A stretch of DNA of 32,000 nt, taken from Psychrobacter sp. HD31 (GTDB lineage: Bacteria; Pseudomonadota; Gammaproteobacteria; Pseudomonadales; Moraxellaceae). Positions 1-7,600 of the stretch are shown one piece after another. The DNA lies in contig NZ_CP142525.1 in NCBI RefSeq assembly GCF_051097895.1, positions 2,142,417 to 2,174,416 on the forward strand, given 5' to 3'. Positions within the stretch are counted from its first letter, which is position 1; each line of letters opens with the position of its first letter. The notes under the pieces are model-generated. The model made no database searches. It was not told where the DNA came from and was given only the letters and a program-made list of their open reading frames with translations. The translations under genes were made by a program, and so were the position numbers.

Positions 1-1
1 T

Positions 2-3000
2 ACAGAGTTTACAGGTGTCGATGCAAATGGAACGCCGATTGTTTCTATGGCAACGTCGGTTGCTGAGGGTGGTGCGGGCGGTGTTTTAGGAAATGGTGTT
101 AAAACCAGTAATACTATTCTTGCCGGGGTTGCAGAAGGAATAGACGATTACGATGCCGTTAATGTAAAACAGTTAAATGAAGCTTTGGTTTCAGCCGGTG
201 GTAATACTTACTTTCATGCTAATGATGCCGATGCAACTAACGATGGCGTAACAAACACAACCAACTATGGAAAAACTAATGATGCTGCTGGTGCACAAGG
301 TAGCAATTCTGTTGCTGCTGGGGTTAATGCACAAGCAACAAATGGTGGTGCAGTTGCAATTGGCTATGAGTCAAGTGCAAAAGGCGCTAATAGTTTTGCA
401 GTTGGCGAAAATTCAGAAGCAGTGGCTAACAACTCCATTGCTATAGGGGCAGATTCAAAGGCAAATACGACTTACACAACGGCGATTGGTCGTGCTACTA
501 ATGCGACAGGGTCTGGTGCTACAGCGATTGGTGGTGGCACTGCATCAGGCGCAGGTTTGGCTGCGTCTGCTACGGGTTCAGGCTCTGTGGCTATAGGTGG
601 TGGCTATACAGGTAATGCAGGGGCAAAAGCGAATGGCAAAGAAGCTATTGCCATCGGCAATGGTTCAGCTACTGATTTTGACGAAAGTATTGCATTAGGC
701 GCTAACTCAATTGTAACGACAGATAAAAATGTTACAGGCGTTAATCCACTAAATTCGGATATTACCGCTGACCCTGCTGCCGCTTGGACATCTACAGCAG
801 CAGCAGTATCCGTTGGCGATACATCAAATGCCGATAATACTAATTGGGTTACTCGGCAAATAACTGGCGTTGCAGCAGGTACTGAAAAGACGGATGCCGT
901 AAACGTTGCCCAGTTAACAGCAGTTGCGAATGCCCCACTAATTTTTACAGGGAACACCAATAACGACACTGCTGACAGCACAAACAACTATCAAGCTAAT
1001 AATGGCACAGAACGTCAACTCAATGAAACACTCAACATCATTGGTTCTAACACATCAGTTACTGGATTGACAGAAGATACCAGCGAAGAAACCGCAGGGG
1101 ACACATATTCAAGCAAAAACATCCAAACTGTAGTAACGGATGGACAAGTCCAAATACAAATGTCAACTAACCCTGAATTCAACACAGTCAAAGTTGGTGG
1201 CACCAACCCAATTGTCATCAGCGACACAGGCATTGACATGGGCAGTGGTAAGAACCGTAAGATAAGCAACCTAGCAGCTGGTATAGCCGACAACGATGCA
1301 GTTAATGTTAGTCAGCTAAAAGCCAGCAAATGGGACATTGCTGGTAATGACGGAAATGCTGTTGCAGACGGTGTGAATAAAGATGACAAAGTCAGCTTTA
1401 AAAATGGTAACGCCACAACAAGCAGCGTTACAGGAGGACCTAGTGCCTTTGACGTTAAGTACGATGTCAACGTAGATGACGACACCATCAAAATCGTCGA
1501 CAACAAACTAGAAGTCAACACGGATGCCATTGCTAGTCAAACCGAGCTAACATACAAAGCAAACAATGACAACGGCAGCAAAAAAACAGTCTCACTAGCA
1601 GACGGTTTAGACTTTACCAATGGCACCAACACCACAGCGGAAGTTGGGGACAATGGGGTGGTTAAATTTAACGTGACCACAGAAGAATTAGCCGTTGCCG
1701 ATGGCAAAGTTAGCAGCACCACGAGTGATGCACCTGCCAGTGCAAAAAGTATTGCTGATGCTATCAACAACACCGGTTGGAACGTACAAGCCTCAGCCGA
1801 TGGTGGCGAGTTAGGCGGAACCAGTAGTAAAGAATTGGTTCAAGCTGGCGAAGACGTTAACCTCAAAGCAGGTAAAAACATCAAAGTCACCCAAGCAGGA
1901 CAAAACTTTACCTTTGCGACCAAAGACGACGTTGAATTCAACACAGTCAAAGTTGGTGGCACCAACCCAATTGTCATCAGCGACACAGGCATTGACATGG
2001 GCAGTGACCAGAACCGTAAGATAAGCAATCTAGCAGCTGGTACAGCCGACAACGATGCAGTGAATGTTAGTCAATTAACTGCCGTAGCTGAAGAATTAGA
2101 TAAAAAGAATTATTTCCATGTAAATAAATCTAATGCAGAGGTTACCTCGTCAGTGAATGACAACCGTGATGATGTGGATGGTGTAGGTAATGCAACTGGC
2201 GCTTATGCATCAGCAGCAGGTTATGCTGCTAAAGCCACTGGTAGACATACAGCTGCTCTGGGCTCTTTTGCTAATGCGACTGCCACACGTTCGACAGCAA
2301 CAGGGGCTTTTTCTAAAGCAACTGAATTAAATGCAACAGCAACAGGTGCGGTTTCTAAGGCAACAAACAAGTTTACAACAGCCACTGGTGCTTATTCACA
2401 TGCAACTGAGGTTCGAGCGACTTCATTAGGTTCTTACGCTAGAGCAACTGGGCGCAATTCAACGGCAACGGGTTATAATGCGAAAGCAACTGCAATCGGC
2501 GCAACGGCAACAGGTATGGCTTCTCAAGCAACCTCCATCAGAGCAACAGCCAACGGTTTTAATGCAAAAGCAACAGACACAAGAGCAACCGCAACGGGCT
2601 CTTTTGCGAACTCAACAAAAACAAGAGCAACCGCCAATGGTTATTTTTCAGAGGCGACGGGCGTAGGTGCTTCATCAATTGGTGCACATGCTCAAGCGAG
2701 TGGCTCTTATGCAACAGCTTTGGGTGGTGGTTCTAGAAGTTCAAATGCACCGAATGCATCAGGTGACTTTTCTACCGCGATTGGATTCAAGTCAAAAGCA
2801 ACAGATGATAGCTCGTTCGCAGCAGGAACTAACGCTTTAGCTTCTGCTAAACAATCCATCGCTATTGGTGAAGATACACAAGCAAATGGTGCTCAGTCAA
2901 TCAGTATCGGTACAGGTAACATTGTTAATGGAAATAATTCAGGTGCTATTGGTGACCCAACAACCATAGATGGTAACAACAGTTATTCTTTAGGTAACAA

Positions 3001-6000
3001 CAATAACATAGCACAAGACAATATTTTTGTAGTGGGCAATGAGGTTACCACAACACAAGCAAACAGTGTAGTGCTAGGGAATGAAAGTACAGACCGTGCA
3101 GCAACGGCAGAAACTAATGCAACGATTGGCGATACCACCTATAGCGGATTTGCTGGAGTTGGTAGCGTAGAAAACGGTATTGTAAGTGTTGGTGCAGCAG
3201 GTAAAGAGCGACAAATCATCAATGTTGCAGCAGGTGAAGTTTCTAGTACCTCTACAGATGCGATTAATGGTAGTCAGCTGTATGCAGTGGCTAATGAGTT
3301 AGATAGAGAGACTTATTTCCACGTTAATGGTACAGGTGCAGATGCCAGTTCTGATTCAACAGCAAGTGCCGATAATTTAGCAAATGTTGAAGGTATTGGT
3401 GGTGCAACGGGCGTTAATGCATTGGCTGCTGGCATTAATGCTAAAGCTTCTGGAGAAAATAGTTCATCTGTTGGTTATAACAACACAGTTGAAAACAAAA
3501 ATAGCCAAGCCTTTGGTAATGAAAATGTGATTTCTGGTACTTATCCATTTATAGGTGCTACTAAGAATACGGCAGTAGGCTCAAATAACAAAACGACCGA
3601 TAGTACGCTAACTTCAACCTTTGGTGGTGGCAATACCGTTGATCAATCTATTTATGCCTCAACCATTGGTGCTAATAACAAGGTTACTGAAGGTAAGGCT
3701 GTTGGTGTTTATGGTACATTGAATACCATCAAGAAATCGACTGGCATTAGCGTAACAGGTGGTGACAACACCGTTACTGATGCGACAAATACATTTGTCT
3801 TTGGTGGCAGTAACACAGTTGAAGACTCATCAGGGAATATTGGCATCGTAGGTGCTGGTAATGATGTTGATAGTACAAATACGCTAAGTATTGTTGGCGA
3901 TAATAATAAAGTGAGTGGCGTTGGTGCAGATGGGGCTAGCGGTATTCATGGTTCTGATAATACAGTAAATAACGTATCTAATGTTCGTGTGATTGGTAAT
4001 AACAACACAGCAACTGCAGATAGCGCACTTATCTTCGGTAATGACAGCACGATAAGTGGAAAAGACTCAGGTGTATTTGGTTCAAGCAATGAAGTTTCAG
4101 GCGAGAACACGTTTGTTGTAGGTAACAATGTTAACGAAGCTACACAAGATAACAACGTTATCTTAGGTAATAACTCAAGTGAAAAATCAGCCACATCAGC
4201 TGATGGCAAAGCAACTCAAGTAACTAATGCCACAATTAATGATGTAACCTACGGTGACTTTGCAGGCACGGCAAGTGCTATTGTTTCTGTTGGTAAAGAA
4301 GGTGCAGAGCGTCAAATTACTAACGTGGCACCAGGAGCGATTACGGCCACATCTACAGATGCGATTAATGGTAGTCAGCTGTATGCAGTGGCTAATGAAT
4401 TAGATAGAGAGACTTATTTCCACGTTAATGGTACAGGTGCAGATGCCAGTGCTGATCCAACAGCAAGTGCCGATAACTTAGCAAATGTTGAAGGTATTGG
4501 TGGTGCAACGGGCGTTAATGCATTGGCTGCTGGCCTTGATACAATGGCTGCTGGCATATCGGCGGTATCTATCGGTCATAAGGCTAATGCCAGTGCCGAA
4601 GATGTAGTTGCTATTGGGATGAAAGCAGGTAAGGGCACCAGTGGTAATGATCGTTCAGTACTGATTGGTAAAGAAGCAGGTCAAAACAGCGTTGCTGTTA
4701 GTAATAAAAAAGAAAATGTTTATATCGGTTTCAGTGCCGGCGAAGATGCTGAAGGTGGCTGGAATACTATGATTGGTACACAAAATGCGGGGGCTGGTGT
4801 TAAAGGCAATGGCAATGCGGGTATTGGTCAAGCTACTCTATACCGAGCAGAAGGAAACAACAACTCAGGTTTGGGACCTTATGCAGGTAATAATAGTAAA
4901 GGAAATAACAACACTTATTCAGGTTTTTATTCAGGCTTTAGATCTGATGGAGACTATAACACCTACAGTGGATCACAGGCAGGTTATAAGGCTACAGGAG
5001 ATAACAATGTTGCATTAGGTAAGTTGGCTGGTAGAGAAATTACCGCAGATAGAGCAACTGCTTTAGGTGCTTACGCAAAAGCAACGGAGGATGCTGGTGT
5101 TGCACTAGGTAGTAATTCTGTAGCGGATAGAGTTGCCATTACAAATGGTTCGGCTACTAATGATGTAACGGATGTTAACAGTCAAGTTTATGCTTTAACA
5201 ACAGCGACAGCTGATAGTATTACTGCAATTGAAAACACAGCTAAAACAACTTATGCAGCTGTATCAGTCGGTGGTGATAATGGTAATGGTACGATTTATA
5301 ATCGACAAATTACAAACGTTGCTGCCGGTGGTGCTGATAATGATGCCGTAAACGTTGCACAATTAAAAGCAGTTGCAAACGCAGGTTGGGATTTATACCA
5401 AACGGATAACACCACAGCTAACTTGAAAGATAATGTAAAAGCTGGCGATAAGGTTATTTTTGCAGATAGCGACACGTTGACAGCAAGCGTTGAAACAAAC
5501 GCTGAGAAAAATGAAACAACGATTAAATATAATGCAAAAACAACCGATTTAGTAGTAAATACTAATGGTTCGGTTAATTTCCCAGCAACAGCTGATGAAA
5601 AGAAACTAGTTAACGCCAAAGAGATTGCTAAAACAATCAATGAATCAGGCTTTACCCTAAAAGCTAACAGTGATGTAGGAGAGCAAATCAACCCAGGTGA
5701 TGAAATAGACTTACTAAATGGAGACAACGTTGCCATAGAAAGAAATGGCACAGACATCACCATTAATGCGGAAGACACCACCGTATCAGTTGGTGATGGC
5801 TTAACCGTCACACCAACACTAACAGATAGCACAGACGGTGATGCTGGCGTAGACGACTACAAAGTAGAACTGAGTCAAGATACGCAAGACAGCTTAGACA
5901 AAGCAGACAGCGCATTACAAGAAATTGTGACTCAAATTGATGGAACCGAAGTTAAAACGCTTGACCAAGACGACAACGTTGCCAACTTTAAAACAGGAGA

Positions 6001-6472
6001 CAACATCGTCCTAACGGATGACAGCGGTAGCATCAAAATAGCCACAGCAGACGAAGTAGAGTTTACTAAAGTGACCGTTGGTCCAGTAGTAACAACGGCT
6101 ACTGGCATCGACATGGGTAGTCAGAAGATTACGAACCTAGCAGCCGGTACCGCAGGTACAGATGCCGTGAACGTAGACCAACTAAAACAGTATAGTTCAG
6201 CGGCGACAACAGAAGTCGTATCAAATGGCAATACCTCAGTCACCAAAGAAACAGGCTCAAATGGACAGACCATCTACCAAGTAGCAGCAGAAGACACCAC
6301 CGTATCAGTTGGTGATGGCTTAACCGTCACACCAACACTAACAGATAGCACAGACGGTGATGCTGGCGTAGACGACTACAAAGTAGAGCTGAGTCAAGAT
6401 ACGCAAGACAGCTTAGACAAAGCAGACAGCGCATTACAAGAAATTGTGACTCAAATTGATAACCGAAGTTAA
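2..6472 (+). CDS. TAA passenger fragment (heads, necks and stalk). It is 5'-partial and ends prematurely at TAA 6470-6472 after the frameshift.
   Basis: The ORF track gives 47..6472, and the frame stays open to the window edge. The sequence is Ala/Gly/Thr/Asn-rich with 14-residue-type head repeats (for example ATGAFSKATELNATATGAVSKAT), and the DAVNV.QL neck motif recurs. The ORF ends ..VTQIDNRS*, where sister repeats read ..VTQIDGTEVK.. Confidence 0.9.
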   Translation, partial: TEFTGVDANGTPIVSMATSVAEGGAGGVLGNGVKTSNTILAGVAEGIDDYDAVNVKQLNEALVSAGGNTYFHANDADATNDGVTNTTNYGKTNDAAGAQGSNSVAAGVNAQATNGGAVAIGYESSAKGANSFAVGENSEAVANNSIAIGADSKANTTYTTAIGRATNATGSGATAIGGGTASGAGLAASATGSGSVAIGGGYTGNAGAKANGKEAIAIGNGSATDFDESIALGANSIVTTDKNVTGVNPLNSDITADPAAAWTSTAAAVSVGDTSNADNTNWVTRQITGVAAGTEKTDAVNVAQLTAVANAPLIFTGNTNNDTADSTNNYQANNGTERQLNETLNIIGSNTSVTGLTEDTSEETAGDTYSSKNIQTVVTDGQVQIQMSTNPEFNTVKVGGTNPIVISDTGIDMGSGKNRKISNLAAGIADNDAVNVSQLKASKWDIAGNDGNAVADGVNKDDKVSFKNGNATTSSVTGGPSAFDVKYDVNVDDDTIKIVDNKLEVNTDAIASQTELTYKANNDNGSKKTVSLADGLDFTNGTNTTAEVGDNGVVKFNVTTEELAVADGKVSSTTSDAPASAKSIADAINNTGWNVQASADGGELGGTSSKELVQAGEDVNLKAGKNIKVTQAGQNFTFATKDDVEFNTVKVGGTNPIVISDTGIDMGSDQNRKISNLAAGTADNDAVNVSQLTAVAEELDKKNYFHVNKSNAEVTSSVNDNRDDVDGVGNATGAYASAAGYAAKATGRHTAALGSFANATATRSTATGAFSKATELNATATGAVSKATNKFTTATGAYSHATEVRATSLGSYARATGRNSTATGYNAKATAIGATATGMASQATSIRATANGFNAKATDTRATATGSFANSTKTRATANGYFSEATGVGASSIGAHAQASGSYATALGGGSRSSNAPNASGDFSTAIGFKSKATDDSSFAAGTNALASAKQSIAIGEDTQANGAQSISIGTGNIVNGNNSGAIGDPTTIDGNNSYSLGNNNNIAQDNIFVVGNEVTTTQANSVVLGNESTDRAATAETNATIGDTTYSGFAGVGSVENGIVSVGAAGKERQIINVAAGEVSSTSTDAINGSQLYAVANELDRETYFHVNGTGADASSDSTASADNLANVEGIGGATGVNALAAGINAKASGENSSSVGYNNTVENKNSQAFGNENVISGTYPFIGATKNTAVGSNNKTTDSTLTSTFGGGNTVDQSIYASTIGANNKVTEGKAVGVYGTLNTIKKSTGISVTGGDNTVTDATNTFVFGGSNTVEDSSGNIGIVGAGNDVDSTNTLSIVGDNNKVSGVGADGASGIHGSDNTVNNVSNVRVIGNNNTATADSALIFGNDSTISGKDSGVFGSSNEVSGENTFVVGNNVNEATQDNNVILGNNSSEKSATSADGKATQVTNATINDVTYGDFAGTASAIVSVGKEGAERQITNVAPGAITATSTDAINGSQLYAVANELDRETYFHVNGTGADASADPTASADNLANVEGIGGATGVNALAAGLDTMAAGISAVSIGHKANASAEDVVAIGMKAGKGTSGNDRSVLIGKEAGQNSVAVSNKKENVYIGFSAGEDAEGGWNTMIGTQNAGAGVKGNGNAGIGQATLYRAEGNNNSGLGPYAGNNSKGNNNTYSGFYSGFRSDGDYNTYSGSQAGYKATGDNNVALGKLAGREITADRATALGAYAKATEDAGVALGSNSVADRVAITNGSATNDVTDVNSQVYALTTATADSITAIENTAKTTYAAVSVGGDNGNGTIYNRQITNVAAGGADNDAVNVAQLKAVANAGWDLYQTDNTTANLKDNVKAGDKVIFADSDTLTASVETNAEKNETTIKYNAKTTDLVVNTNGSVNFPATADEKKLVNAKEIAKTINESGFTLKANSDVGEQINPGDEIDLLNGDNVAIERNGTDITINAEDTTVSVGDGLTVTPTLTDSTDGDAGVDDYKVELSQDTQDSLDKADSALQEIVTQIDGTEVKTLDQDDNVANFKTGDNIVLTDDSGSIKIATADEVEFTKVTVGPVVTTATGIDMGSQKITNLAAGTAGTDAVNVDQLKQYSSAATTEVVSNGNTSVTKETGSNGQTIYQVAAEDTTVSVGDGLTVTPTLTDSTDGDAGVDDYKVELSQDTQDSLDKADSALQEIVTQIDNRS
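1175..1314 (+). repeat. Dispersed intragenic repeat A, copy 1 (neck segment EFNTVKVGGTNPIVISDTGIDMGS..NRKISNLAAG.ADNDAVNVSQL).
   Basis: A stretch of about 140 nt is nearly identical to 1934..2073. The first ~72 nt are identical and I count about 6 mismatches overall by eye. The flanking sequence is not repeated. Confidence 0.85.
1934..2073 (+). repeat. Dispersed intragenic repeat A, copy 2.
   Basis: See copy 1. The offset between copies is 759 nt, which preserves the reading frame. Confidence 0.85.
3251..3433 (+). repeat. Dispersed intragenic repeat B, copy 1 (STDAINGSQLYAVANELDRETYFHVNGTGADAS..TASADNLANVEGIGGATGVNALAAG).
   Basis: A stretch of about 183 nt is nearly identical to 4352..4534, with only a handful of differences by eye. 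The offset is 1101 nt (367 aa). The flanks are similar only at the protein level. Confidence 0.85.
4352..4534 (+). repeat. Dispersed intragenic repeat B, copy 2.
   Basis: See copy 1. Confidence 0.85.
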
Positions 6473-7600
6473 AACGCTTGACCAAGACGACAACGTTGCC
6501 AACTTTAAAACAGGAGACAACATCGTCCTAACGGATGACAGCGGTAGCATCAAAATAGCCACAGCAGACGAAGTAGAGTTTACTAAAGTGACCGTTGGTC
6601 CAGTAGTAACAACGGCTACTGGCATCGACATGGGTAGTCAGAAGATTACGAACCTAGCAGCCGGTACCGCAGGTACAGATGCCGTGAACGTAGACCAACT
6701 AAAACAGTATAGTTCAGCGGCGACAACAGAAGTCGTATCAAATGGCAATACCTCAGTCACCAAAGAAACAGGCTCAAATGGACAGACCATCTACCAAGTA
6801 GCAGCAGAAGACACCACCGTATCAGTTGGTGATGGCTTAACCGTCACACCAACACTAACAGATAGCACAGACGGTGATGCTGGCGTAGACGACTACAAAG
6901 TAGAACTGAGTCAAGATACGCAAGACAGCTTAGACAAAGCAGACAGCGCATTACAAGAAATTGTGACTCAAATTGATGGAACCGAAGTTAAAACGCTTGA
7001 CCAAGACGACAACGTTGCCAACTTTAAAACAGGAGACAACATCGTCCTAACGGATGACAGCGGTAGCATCAAAATAGCCACAGCAGACGAAGTAGAGTTT
7101 ACTAAAGTGACCGTTGGTCCAGTAGTAACAACGGCTACTGGCATCGACATGGGTAGTCAGAAGATTACGAACCTAGCAGCCGGTACCGCAGGTACAGATG
7201 CCGTGAACGTAGACCAACTAAAACAGTATAGTTCAGCGGCGACAACAGAAGTCGTATCAAATGGCAATACCTCAGTCACCAAAGAAACAGGCTCAAATGG
7301 ACAGACCATCTACCAAGTAGCAGCAGAAGACACCACCGTATCAGTTGGTGATGGCTTAACCGTCACACCAACACTAACAGATAGCACAGACGGTGATGCT
7401 GGCGTAGACGACTACAAAGTAGAGCTGAGTCAAGACACGCAAGACAGCTTAGACAAAGCAGACAGCGCATTACAAGAAATTGTGACTCAAATTGATGGAA
7501 CCGAAGTTAAAATGCTTGACCAAGACGACAACGTTGCCAACTTTAAAACAGGAGACAACATCGTCCTAACGGATGACAGCGGTAGCATCAAAATAGCCAC
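5771..7600 (+). repeat. Tandem array of a 519-bp (173-aa) unit, about 3.5 copies, inside the TAA stalk.
   Basis: Unit starts (GAAGACACCACCGTATCAGTTGG) fall at 5771, 6290, 6807 and 7326. The spacings are 519, 517 and 519 bp, and the 517 reflects the GG deletion. Copies 1 and 3 look identical by eye. An A/G SNP alternates at 5869(A), 6388(G), 6905(A) and 7424(G). Copy 4 diverges after 7600. Confidence 0.95.

Noticed and set aside
6449-6472. Programmed ribosomal frameshifting as an explanation for the split TAA.
   Set aside because: A +1 shift would be needed. The context ..GAT AAC CGA AGT TAA A.. has no slippery sequence and no prfB-like stimulatory Shine-Dalgarno arrangement. The sister repeats show the simple explanation, a missing GG.
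5771-7600. The regular repeat array considered as a possible CRISPR array or mobile-element repeat.
   Set aside because: The units are 519 bp and directly abutting, with no unique spacers. They lie in frame within a coding sequence. No cas genes or terminal inverted repeats are present.
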